Shown: positions 1-11,629 of the stretch, piece by piece
Position numbering within the stretch: the stretch's first letter is position 1
How the letters are laid out: each line of letters opens with the position of its first letter
Assembly (NCBI RefSeq): GCF_964355755.1
Contig: NC_092679.1
Location: 15,111,432 to 15,175,431 of the forward strand
DNA: 64,000 nucleotides
Direction of reading: 5' to 3'
Source: Antedon mediterranea
Taxonomy: Eukaryota > Animalia > Echinodermata
Notes under the pieces: generated by a model
Seen by the model: the letters and a program-made list of their open reading frames with translations, nothing else
The model's database searches: none
Told to the model about the DNA's origin: nothing
Translations under genes and position numbers: made by a program

Positions 1-680
1 GTGCTCATTAGTGCTTACCGACCGACCGACCAATCTACCAACTGACCGAAATTACTGAACATGTTTAAAAATGTTGAAATGTTTAAAAACATTTATATTT
101 TTTTAATTTACACGTGCGTAGCCTATGACTTTTGACGTGCTCGTATAACGTAATTTTGAGTTGAAAAGTAAGTCAAGAAAACAGAAATCGGGCAAAAAGA
201 GTGCGCAACAACATTTAACGCGCAGTGCGCGCGCAAAAATCTGCGCACTCGTGGCAATTTTGTAAACGTTTAAAATTGCCTGAAACGTACTCTTATTTCA
301 TCGAAAATATATTTTGAAAATTTAAGCGCGCGTACGCATGCGTTACATGCGCTACGCACGTAATTGTATTGCCATATGATGATTTATGCCCTGAAATTTA
401 TGAGTACCAAATTTTATTTAATTGTGATTCATGGTTGTGAAGATATGATTACAAACGTGATTTTGTTAAATCGTGCGTAGACCGCGTAATTTTTTATTGC
501 GCACCGTGAAAACATAACCACATCGATTCCTGGCCATAAGGAATATATTGTGAAAAATTGACTTAGCTAGATTAAACTGATATCAAGATAAGGTCAGAAA
601 GCGATAAAACGCATAGTGACCGACAGACAGACCGACCGACCGACATAGTGAACTATAGAGTCGCGTCCATGCGACTAAAA
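1..680 (-). mobile_element. DINE-1/Helentron-like non-autonomous element (runs off the window start)
   Basis: (GACC/GACA)n microsatellites at 18-30 and 617-643; terminal hairpin AGTCGC-gtccat-GCGACT at 659-676 followed by an A run; CpG-rich interior. Related pieces in the opposite orientation at 51921-52009 and 53727-53784. Confidence 0.5.
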
Positions 681-3083
681 ATCCTAGGTATTTAGGTGTT
701 GGGTACTTGTCGTCAGTTTATACGATACTACAGACTGTTTTTTGTCAGCAGACATGATATTGCAGACTGTTTGTTGTCACTAGACATGATACTTTTACGT
801 GTATCGAGTAATGGAAAGGCAGATGTGTAGGTACTACTGTGTTTACATAACTGACTGACAATCAATATCTGTGACAGGCTTGTGTCTACGATCATCAATA
901 TTTAATGATAGTAACAATCATTATCTTCCAATTCATACTCGAAAGGTCACGGTTAATTTAAGTGGTGTTACGACTTCTGTATCTCAATCGGTTGTAGACG
1001 AATATGTTGATCGAACCATAGTTATCGGTTAGCCAATATGGCGCTGTCTTGATCATTGGGGTGCCTAGTTCAAGTGGAGCCTAGTGTAGATTAGGGTATG
1101 GAGTCAATATATAATCAATATATGGGATCTTTAGTGGTAGACCAAGAGCATGTTAAATTGGTTTAGCTGAAGTGTGTACTAAGGTATTTTGTAGTAGGTA
1201 CTTTATCTGTAAGTGAAGTGCTACTGAATTACTGTACAATAATATGGGCTCGTAGGAATTTCACTATAATACAGTAGTATGTACATAATCAATTTAAATA
1301 GTTATTTGTTTTAAAGTGAGGTTTTCTTAATTAGACATATATTTATCCATAATCCTTCTAATTGGACAGATATTTTCCCCTAGGTAATTTTACTGTATAC
1401 ATTGAGAATACCAAGTAATTCTCCGGTGGGACTTGAACATACAACCTCCATGTCACAAACCTGTCAAAAATAAAACAACATATTTGGCTAGATACACTAT
1501 TATATGCAATAACAAACATTTAAATTATTATATCCAAAATACTTTTAAAAAATCTTAAAATACTAGAAAAATAATATAAAACTAAACCAGACTAAATATA
1601 TTTTATAGTATTGTAACAGAATATAATATTGCTTCTAATTTAGGTTAAATTTGGACACAATACTTTGGCAAATCCAAATTTCAAAAGAGAATTATATATT
1701 TAAAAGTACAGTATTAAGTTTATAAATGTTGCCCTTATTTATTTATGTATTAACTATTTATTCTTCAGGGGCTGAACTTGATTATTTATGACTATATTGT
1801 AGCTCTTCCCTTGGTATATTATGTTTCAATGTTTATAACTTATTTCTGGATAATATAAGATAGAAAGAAAGTATATTGCAACCTCCCCTCCAATTTTTTT
1901 CCACATTTTGTACCCAGGCCCTCTGAAACTTTGATCATACTGTTAAGCCCATACTGAAACTGACCCTAAAAAAGAATTAATTTGTAGATAAACATAATAT
2001 AAATCTTGACATTTCAAGTGAAAAAGTAATGATCTAATTTTCCAGTTTATTGGTGTTAAGAGTAATATTGTAGTACCTGATTTTGTTTATAAACAAAACT
2101 TAAGGACGATCAAGTCCCCTCTCAATAGTTTAACCATCCGCTCAAACAAGGTATCTTAAAATTATACGTATTATATTTTAAGTGATTACCATCATTTGTG
2201 TTCCACTTTATTTGTTATTAATCAATTTGTGGCAGATTGTAGCGTTTATATATGCGTCATTCCCGGTACTTGTACGCACTAAAGTACAATTGTGCGTCCC
2301 ATTAACTCCTCTTATATTTGAGGTTTCCAATCTGTTTTATTGTTCTCAACGAGCGTCAACATGTTGCGAGTGTTAACAATATAAAATCAACCGAATGTAT
2401 GGCATCACCAAGGCTGTTTGAAAACATGGCTTGAGTTTGATTTTTAATTTTTATCGAAAGGTGTGCCTATTTAAAATTCAAAGCAATTTGAGACCTTGAG
2501 ATATTCCTCAATTATTTTGATCAGTTTTTTGTTTCGGATAATCATTTGTTTACCTCAAGGTGTGTGATTTGCAAGACCAGCTTGCCTAGCTTGACCAGCT
2601 TGCTTCAAGTGGGCTATACAGTCTATACATACCATGTAACATTTGGGAGGATACACTTTTTTAATTAGAATTAGGAAAGGTGCATTATTAATGTTCTGTA
2701 TAGCACCACAAGCCTCTGTATTGTTATCAATAAATCTGTTATAATCATTGTCAGTGATTTCAATTAATTGGGCCTGCAGAGACCAGGGAAGTATTTAGTA
2801 TACTGCAACAGTAGCAAAATCTGTTTTTAAATTATATAATTCTAGAAGCTTTTTAAAACATTTTTGAGCTTGATTCAATCTAATTTGTTCTTGCACTGTT
2901 ACACTGGGGAGTATAGTTTGATTGTATAGTCAACTCTCCCAAAACTGGACATCATTGGGCTTGCCTACAGTAATACTGTATGTCGGATTCACCATAAATT
3001 CTTTTACCATATTTGGAGTGTGTTTTTAATAGTAAAAACAAATTTGGGAAAGTTTTCATTCACACCATGTCATACTAACCAAT

Positions 3084-3350
3084 AAAGATATATTGTCCAC
3101 CTGAAAAAAACAAATTCATGTTAATGTCATATAATAGTTATTCACTTTGACCAAAAATTGGACTGAAAAAATTTAACCTGGAACAAAATTGACTGCCTGC
3201 CAGCCAATGGGTTTTGATTTTTGTCTTTTTATTATTGAAATAATTATTTTTTGTATTCACCTCACTATTTCACAAATTGTTTTTTACATTTGAAACAAAA
3301 GAAAACCTATATGATACATCAGTATTGTATATTTATAAGAAAACTCTTCA
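3084..3350 (+). mobile_element. Dispersed MITE-like repeat family B, copy 1
   Basis: Starts TAAAGATATATTGTCC and contains CACTTTGACCAAAAATTGGA...GCCAGCCAATGGGTTTT; homologous stretches at about 22865-23150, 47149-47480 and 61470-61720, with a fragment near 53626. Confidence 0.6.
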
Positions 3351-3987
3351 AACACATAATTCAAAATAATTGAAACTGAAAAAAGGTTTTATTTTCCAGA
3401 ATTGAATTTAAATTACATGTAAATTTAATTGATCATGTTTACACTATTTACAACAATTAATCAGTGCAGTTGTGTCAATGTTGTTTGACTATTAACAGTA
3501 TGGTATGTATAGCAAAAGCAACAGCTTGTTACAAATCAAAGGAAATGTTTTGCAACAATAAAGAATAGATTTAATACCTAACAGTAAATTAAATATACAT
3601 TTTTACCTAATGATTTGGAAAGGCGTTTTAGAAATGCTAATGTTATTTTATGTTATGCATACATTATATTATATTTTATGAATGCAATTTATACGGTCTT
3701 ATTCCTGGTGGTATTGATCCAAGTACATAGTTTTCCGATTCTCGTCCCAAAATATGTCCATGTGCGACTTTTATTAATTTATTGTATCTTATATTAGAAG
3801 AAACAACATCTCTTGTCGCGTGCAAGATTTCCCCCCCCCCCCCACCCACAAAACAAGATAACAACAAGAAACCTGTTTGATTAATATACATTTTAAATTG
3901 AAATTGTTTATGGCATGCTGATCTATGTTATATATATATATATTTATCTGTATTTTATTGTTACCGTTTTTGATGTTGTATTATTTT

Positions 3988-4616
3988 ATGTTTCAAACCT
4001 GTATATGGCGGTGTTTATCGCTGTTGGTATTATTTAATGTTTCAAACCTGTATGTGGCGGTATTTATCGCTGTTGGTATTATTTAATATTTCAAACCTGT
4101 ATGTGGCGGTATTTATCGCTGTTGGTATTATTTAATGTTTCAAACCTGTATGTGGCGGTATTTATCGCTGTTGGTATTATTTAATGTTTCAAACCTGTAT
4201 GTGGCGGTATTTATCGCTGTTGGTATTATTTAATGTTTCAAACCTGTATGTGGCGGTATTTATCGCTGTTGGTATTATTTAATGTTTCAAACCTGTATGT
4301 GGCGGTATTTATCGCTGTTGGTATTATTTAATGTTTCAAACCTGTATGTGGCGGTATTTATCGCTGTTGGTATTATTTAATGTTTCAAACCTGTATGTGG
4401 CGGTATTTATCGCTGTTGGTATTATTTAATGTTTCAAACCTGTATGTGGCGGTATTTATCGCTGTTGGTATTATTTAATGTTTCAAACCTGTATGTGGCG
4501 GTATTTATCGCTGTTGGTATTATTTAATGTTTCAAACCTGTTAGTGGCGGTATTTATCGCTGTTGGTATTATTTAATGTTTCAAACCTGTTAGTGACGGT
4601 ATTTATCGCTGTTGGT
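3988..4616. repeat. Minisatellite, 49-bp unit, about 13 copies
   Basis: Unit ATGTTTCAAACCTGTATGTGGCGGTATTTATCGCTGTTGGTATTATTTA repeats head-to-tail (starts at 3988, 4037, ...); followed by an (AATAA)n tail at about 4625-4641. Confidence 0.95.
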
Positions 4617-4884
4617 TTTGATTGAATAAAATAAAATAAAATATAGAAGAAAAAAAACATTTCAGAAAAACTGCTTTCACCTTTTTTTAAAATATAAATA
4701 TTTCAGTAATTTGAAATTAAAAACCTTTTTTTAATTTATATGAAAAAGAGAAATAGGAATTTAGCATTTTAAAAATTGTCATCAAGTTCATGGACCTGTT
4801 CTTCCATGACTGTATTTACGCAGATGCAGTCCAGACTTTTACCATCTTTATGAACCTGTTTCGAAAAAAAATTGCCTAAGTTAA

Positions 4885-5510
4885 AGCCCCATTCCCTACG
4901 TTTTTTAGATCTAATTTAAGATCACAAACTATATTTAATGTAAAAATAATACTATATGGTCCTATTGCGATAACTTTTTTCGTCTTTAAACGGTTAAAAA
5001 TGTGAAAAATAAGTCGATTCTAATAATTATAGCGGCCCGCTATAAATCCCAAAATGCATTGCGCGCGGATTGATATTTTTGTTTTTCACCTGTAATTCGC
5101 CCACTTTTCGATCGATCGTGAGGCCAAAACAAATGGAAGACTCCTAACTTTTCAGCGAAAATACCGGGTTTTCCCCAATTTGTATCAACGGAGTCTGGCA
5201 AAAATAGAAAGACAATTAATGCAGCAACTATACAACGTCAGGCTAGGTATATAGGTAGCGTACGATGTTCGTACGCTACCGATGTTTACCAGCTAGGCCT
5301 ACAAAACTAAGCCTAGCTAGGCTAGGCCTAAGACCGTCCACGAGAGGTCGATCGCCGCGAGCTACTTAGGTAGTGCATTGTTTCTCACTTTTTATCATAA
5401 TTTACCATAAAACGTACATTTAAGACAAGGAATGACATGGTTTAATGTTTTTAAAGTGATATATATGTATTATTTTCCAAAAAACGTCCAAAATTGCAGG
5501 GAAGGGGTCT
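4885..5510 (+). mobile_element. TTAA-flanked MITE (Kolobok-like non-autonomous DNA transposon), copy A
   Basis: TTAA at 4881-4884 and 5511-5514; imperfect TIRs AGCCCCATTCCCT...AGGGAAGGGGTCT; near-identical inverted copy at 7198-7750. Confidence 0.85.
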
Positions 5511-5544
5511 TTAATGTTTGAAAACTGATCTTATGATTTTTCAG

Positions 5545-5737
5545 GTGGTGGCAGATACAATAGCGGACAAGGCTCTAGTGGTGGTTATGGTAGACAAGAG
5601 CAGTCTGGCTATGGTGGACGAAGGGGAGGCAACGGTGGAGGAGGAGGCGGCGGCTATGGTGGTCAAGGGAGTGGAGGCTATGGTGGAGGAGGTTATGGTG
5701 GTCAAGGGGGTGGAGGATACCGCTCAAACCAAGGCGG
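5545..5737 (+). CDS. XRN2: Internal coding exon, Gly/Tyr/Arg-rich low-complexity region of probable 5'-3' exoribonuclease 2
   Basis: Acceptor TTTTTCAG|G at 5544/5545 and donor GG|GTAAGT at 5737/5738. Frame (phase 1 in, phase 2 out) reads GGRYNSGQGSSGGYGRQEQSGYGGRRGGNGGGGGGGYGGQGSGGYGGGGYGGQGGGGYRSNQG and joins in frame to the 9444 exon. The ORF-track 5518-5835 translation is in another frame. Confidence 0.75.
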
Positions 5738-7197
5738 GTAAGTGTCCGAGTATTACTACCAGAAACATTCTTAAAGGGATATTTACCTATAGACTGGCTT
5801 GTACGTGTTTGAACAGTATTAAAAAGACAGGCTAGAGAATTTACTCAGGTCATTTAGGTGTGAAAATTTAAGCCTATGGTCCTTAATCCAGCATGGTTTA
5901 AATGGCACTAAATAAACAAACTTGAATCAAACACCTAGAATGAACTACTTAAAGTGAACCTAAATGATGTGTACTTGACTTCACACTTCTATTTCAAAAC
6001 CATTAAGTATAAGACCCCATCTAAAGATTATACCACAATATGTACTCGAGTAGTTGTAATTAATTTATTACAGTTACGTTTCTATACCTAGTAATTTTGG
6101 GCAAACATTTCTGAAATTGTTGTAGATAGAAAGATATATGGTGTTCTTGAATATCTGCAGTAACTGCAGTAGACGACAGACACAATCAAATATGAAGATT
6201 TCTTGACATAGATGCCGTTTTCATTCGCGTATTTTAACTAAGTACACGTGTACGAATTTTAAGCCCTGCACAATGATTAGGATTTGGTAAATTATGTCTG
6301 TGTGAAGGGTATCTATACCATTAGTTTTGAGAATATCTCTTTATCCTAAATATGATCAACAAATCAAAACAGTCTTGTCAAATCTTTGTTTTTCGTACAG
6401 TTGAAACCCTATGACATTCAATTAATTACATATTTCTTCTGAACAATCCTTAATTTAAAATTGTTTTTAACATTAAGCAGTTGGACTTTAAATAAAATAT
6501 CCTCTTCTGTAGTGCTTTATAAATTGTTATTACTTTTTTATATATATTTTTTTAGTGGTAAATGTCTTTAATTACAAGACAGAGCTTGATAAAATGTATA
6601 CGTTTGTCACATTGGCTAGGAAATGATTGAAGTCATTGAAGGCCGTTTTGATCCCTTAACAACAGATCCACAACCACAAGGAATGGTTGTGACCTGGCCT
6701 AGAATACTGTTTAACCAGGATACGTCTGCCTGACCTGATCTTCACCTTCACTGTCTAAGGTCTTGCATAGACGTCATAGACTGAGTCTACATTACCAGTC
6801 GGTACCTGCTATCAACCACATTGTCATTGATTTCCCTTGCAATTGGAATTTTAATACTAAAATTAATAATAGCTAGATTTTAACTCTTCACCAGAATGAG
6901 TTGAACGACGGCAAAACCAATAGAAAATAATCTGAACCTAAAAAATAACTAAAAAAATCTAAACAAAAACCCACATAACTGCATGCCATTTACCAGCAAT
7001 TTAAGGTACACAGACTGGCTCGCAGGTTCTCTTGGTTATGTGAGCATCTAACTAGACAATTTAAAACGTAAAATTAAATATAAAGCAGACAGGTCTTTTT
7101 CTGCACTCTTACAAAATGTGAAGTGATAACTTATTCCAAAGATGAGTATGTAATATTCCTGTCCTGGATTCCAACAATACCATTGACTTCCTTTTAA

Positions 7198-7750
7198 AGA
7201 CCCCTTCCCTGCAATTTTGGACGTTTTTTGGAAAATAATACATATATATCACTTTAAAAACATTAAACCATGTCATTCCTTGTCTTAAATGTACGTTTTA
7301 TGGTAAATTATGATAAAAAGTGAGAAACAATGCACTACCTAAGTAGCTCGCGGCGATCGACCTCTCGTGGACGGTCTTAGGCCTAGCCTAGCTAGGCTTA
7401 GTTTTGTAGGCCTAGCTGGTAAACATCGGTAACGTACGAACATCGTACGCTAGCTATATACCTAGCCTGACGTTGTATAGTTGCTGCATTAATTGTCTTT
7501 CTATTTTTGCCAGACTCCGTTGATACAAATTGGGCAAAACCCGGTATTTTCGCTGAAAAGTTAGGAGTCTTCCATTTGTTTTGGCCTCACGATCGATCGA
7601 AAAGTTAGTTATTAGAATCGACTTGTTTTTCTCATTTTTAACCGTTTAAAGACGAAAAAAGTTATCGCAATAGGACCATATAGTATTATTTTTACATTAA
7701 ATATAGTTTGTGATCTTAAATTAGATCTAAAAAACGTAGGGAAGGGGGCT
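7198..7750 (-). mobile_element. TTAA-flanked MITE, copy B (inverted, about 73-bp internal deletion)
   Basis: Reverse complement of 4885-5510 with few substitutions; TTAA at 7194-7197 and 7751-7754; lacks the segment at about 5030-5103 of copy A. Confidence 0.85.
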
Positions 7751-8594
7751 TTAAATCATTTTTAATTCTTTTAGTACATTTCCTTAATTGATACTTTCCT
7801 CATCTCGTCGCTTCATTATTCCCGTCTATATACCATTGAATTTCTTTCAGATTAGATTTATATTCATTTCCTTCAATGCATTCCTCTTAATCTATACATT
7901 CCTCGTCTTATCATTTCATTATTCCCACTCTAGGCTACAGTATAGTCTTCTAAGCACAAGGTGTGAACTATTAAAGTAAATCAGGTGTTATGTTTGTATT
8001 ACGGCAGCATTGGGGCATTGATTCCCTTTGATTGACATTTTTGTGGTCCATCTTGTCACAAAGACAACACAAATGTAAAGTTTGGTAATTGAGTCTATTG
8101 TTTGAAATGTATTGGTTAGTTAGTAAAGACTGTGATTGAATAACACGCAATTGGCAACATGTGATACCTTTAATATGTTGTTGTTATCGTAGTAAAATAC
8201 AGTAACTATAGTATTGTTATGCCATCCAGGTAAATTATGGGTCTCAATACACTTTTCAAACTGCATTGTAAAAAATACGCAAACACAAATACGTAAGCGC
8301 AATGTGGTCACACGTGATGATTATTCTATCTTTCACTCAACATCATTCAGCTCGCTAGTGGGAACCACATTTAACCAAAAAGAGTTTGGAGGAATTTCTG
8401 ATTTAAATTTTTGTTTTAAGTTTCTTAATTTAAAAAAGTCTTTTTGAATATAAAGAAAGAGTTTACTTTATGTTACTGTAGTTGTGGCATTGTGGTGTGT
8501 AACTTGCTAGCTTATGATTCCTTTGTTCAATTCCTGGCTCATGCCACAGACTAATGTGAACCTTAGTGAACCAATCGTGAGGTTGTTTCTGATA

Positions 8595-9120
8595 ATAATG
8601 TAATAATTATAATAAAAGATAATAAAGTAATAATAATAATAATGTAGTAATACAATATTACAGTAATATAATAGTGTACTAATAGTAATATAATAAATTA
8701 AACATAATTGTAATAATGTAGTGTAATTATAATAATAAAGTAATAATAATGTAATAAAGTAATATTAGTACAGTGATGATAATGATTTCTGCCTCTTTGC
8801 TGAAAAGTCTGCCAACATTTCCGCTTGGGCTGCTCCATAAATCTCTTTTACCAGTTTCTTCCACTCTGATCTTTCATTGGCTAGTTTTTTAAGTTGTTCG
8901 ATGTCTTTCTTGCGTTTACAGTAATGATAATAATTATGTATTACTAAAAGTGTAATATTATTCAAATAATTTATTTAAGTAATACAGTAATATAGGCCTA
9001 CAAATAATGATATAATTGTGTAATAATTTAGTAATAATGTAATACAATAATTATAATGTAAGTAATAATAATGTAAGTAATGTAATTGGAGATGTTCTAG
9101 ATGTAGGAATGTAATAATTT
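8595..9120. repeat. Degenerate (TAA)n low-complexity tract with an embedded LINE fragment
   Basis: Long TAATAA/TAATGT-rich runs on both sides of 8780-8915. Confidence 0.8.
8780..8915 (-). mobile_element. 3' fragment of an RTE-like LINE ORF
   Basis: Minus-strand translation DIEQLKKLANERSEWKKLVKEIYGAAQAE resembles the A-x-D/E-R-x-x-W-R/K C-terminal motif of RTE-clade ORFs. Confidence 0.45.
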
Positions 9121-9443
9121 TAAAATGTTTTATAGTGAGCAAGCAGAACAAAAGACAATGGAAGGCAAAACAATGTAGTTTAATTATTGCAATGAAAGAC
9201 AAATAAATGACAACATTAAAGAAGCATTGTAATTCCGAGCTGAAGGTTACAAATTGTATTGTTTTCTGCATTTAAGTTCACTAAGAAAGACAATTGGACT
9301 AATTACTATGTTCAGAGTTGTTGATTGAGCATTGCCTATTTTATTATTATTTTCGTAAACACAATTGAACTAGATTTCCACCATAAAAATGATCTGACAA
9401 TATTACAGATTAACTGTAAATATTTGTGGTTTTTTTTTTCCAG

Positions 9444-9552
9444 GCATGGGTGGGATAGAAACATGCAGGGCCAACAAGCTGCTTATTATCAGAACCAACA
9501 ACGACACCAACAACAACAACATGGAAAACAACGAGACGATCGACACAGATAT
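9444..9552 (+). CDS. XRN2: Penultimate coding exon of probable XRN2
   Basis: Long T tract then CCAG|G acceptor at 9443/9444; donor TAT|GTAAGT at 9552/9553; phase 2 in, phase 0 out; encodes HGWDRNMQGQQAAYYQNQQRHQQQQHGKQRDDRHRY, similar to vertebrate XRN2 WNRMLQTQNAAF...RRDDR as recalled from memory. Confidence 0.8.
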
Positions 9553-11238
9553 GTAAGTGCAGATTATTTACTTTATAATACTTTGTGCTAAATTGTCCTC
9601 AAATTTCAATATAGGTGTAGAAGTAGGATTCCTGAAAGACGAGTTTAAGGTGATGGGTTCGAGTCTAATAGCCGTTCGCATTTTTGACTAGCAAAACTCA
9701 GGAACTTACACATGCCATCACCAGGCACGTACCATGCTTTGTGTGTGTAAACTCTGGAGTTTTCTCCTTGAGCATTTGTTTCCTCGAACTAAAATATTGC
9801 ACTTTAATATTAATTTCTTTTGTAATGGGAAAAAACTTGTGCACCAGAAAGGCCCATAACATGTAAAAACAAATTTAATATGGAATAGTTTTTAGTAATG
9901 AAGTAAGCAGAGGGAAAAAACAAAAAACCAATAAATGAGTTATTAATACAGTAGTTAAAGTTTTTCACTGGTTGGGAAAAAGAGTGTATTGCACCAAAAC
10001 AAACAAAACACAAAACAGATTAACAGGCAATAATATAAATATATAAAGTCAATGCAACAAGGCATTCCACTCTATGTATGCTTTGAAAATAATTAGTAAA
10101 ATATAGCTTTTGTTCTTTTTTTAGAAATTATTTTATTAAATTTAAATCTCCTTTCGAAAACTGCTTCTGTTTAGTAACTATTAGTATACAATTACCAATA
10201 GTTATGTGCCTTATACTGTACCATTCTATTGTATTTGGAATTATAATGGTGCTTAAAATACTGAAGAAGCCTCATATATATGCATTTAATATGCAAGAGT
10301 TACTTTCACTTAAATTAAAATCTACATTCTATTTCACACTCAGCTAGGCTATTAGTTTTCTATATTAGAACTACTTCAACAGCATTCATTGCTTTTTTAA
10401 CAACGCCAATTAACAGAAACTTGAAAGCAGTATGAAAAGAAATTGTTGAAACTGGTGAAAATCGTAAAGAAACCTAACAAAGTCTCAAGTGTTTGCGTGT
10501 TTTATAAGAGGCTATTTTATCCTTGAATTGCTACAAAGAAAAAACCGTTTGACCAATTTTCTTTTCTCTCGTGCGGACAATCGTTTACTTACAAGATAAT
10601 AAGCTAGTTTCAATGAAGACATTTTCTATCACCTCAAATTGACTCTTCCAATTATGATCAATTGACTGGAATCAATTGAGAAATCCACTTTACCAATTTA
10701 TTTCAATGTTAGAGAACTATATGAACAATTATCTAGTTAGTTTACGTGGAACCTTTCTAGGTAATTAATGTACTCCCTTTCCTAGTGTCTGTTGATTTTG
10801 TTGTGGATCTTTATTAGGTTTGATAATGTCTTTATTTCAACAAACTCTGCTTAGGCAAGTCATTTTACAAGATTCTCCTAGTGAAGAATGTGTTAGAAAA
10901 TAAAGTATTGGCAGAGTTACACAATGTAAAAGAAAGAAAAAAAAAGTTTTTTTTTTGTAGATATAGAATGGAATGGGTTTAGTCTAAATGTACTTGTAAA
11001 TTTCACATCGTCTCCTAGTTTACATAAATTTTGGATTATTACCATACCTTAAGACAACTTGATTCCACTCTCCTTTTTCCCTCCTCCTCTCACCCCAGAC
11101 AGAAGTTGATTGTTTCCCTTTGCCAATCACTTGTGATTCCCACTATACACTCTTTCCAAAGACAATTCCAGTAGGTGTTTGATAAGTTTTCCTTCCACAT
11201 TTTCAAGAACACCCAATTCTCAGTTTTGCATACTTCTT

Positions 11239-11340
11239 TAGTATCATGGGAATAATCGATTATACAGCATTACATGTGTTCCAAATGTATCGCCTACTGT
11301 AGTATCATAGACCATGATATATGATACACATGAGATGCTG
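11239..11340 (+). repeat. Dispersed repeat fragment, homologous to 28738-28866
   Basis: Shared GTATCAT(G/A)GGAATA...GTGTT(C/T)CA(A/G)ATGT...GATACACATGAGATGCTG. Confidence 0.6.
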
Positions 11341-11354
11341 TATTACCAAACATT

Positions 11355-11629
11355 TTCTATTTAATGCCGACTTCTGAATGATGACTAAAGCCAGGACTGT
11401 TTTAAAGCCTGACTGGTCCCAATATTGACCAAGGGCTTCTCTCGTCCAGTGCCCACCTTAACCAGAGGAGAGGCATAAGCCAATACGTCTGAGGCAGATA
11501 CTAGATGCAGGGGCTGCCATAAGAGTCAGCAGTGCTGATTTCAAATGCCTAATGGTCTCCCATCCAAGCTCTAACCGGACCCAATGTTGCTTAACTTCGG
11601 TGATCTGACGAGAACCAGTGTTTCAACAT
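11355..11629 (-). mobile_element. 5S rRNA-derived SINE (SINE3-like) or truncated 5S pseudogene
   Basis: Reverse complement of 11553-11629 = ATGTTGAAACACTGGTTCTCGTCAGATCACCGAAGTTAAGCAACATTGGGTCCGGTTAGAGCTTGGATGGGAGACCA, matching the internal part of animal 5S rRNA (box A, box C). Both 5S ends are missing and a non-5S body follows. Confidence 0.75.

Noticed and set aside
3988-4616. CRISPR-like appearance of the regular repeats (also 14635-15395 and 56900-58510)
   Set aside because: Units are contiguous with no unique spacers, there are no cas genes, and the context is eukaryotic; these are minisatellites.
5518-5835. 105-aa Val/Glu/Ala-rich ORF in the track
   Set aside because: Alternative frame of the Gly-rich exon; splice phases support the Gly/Tyr frame.
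11553-11629. Functional 5S rRNA gene
   Set aside because: Both 5S termini are missing, so it was treated as a SINE head or pseudogene.
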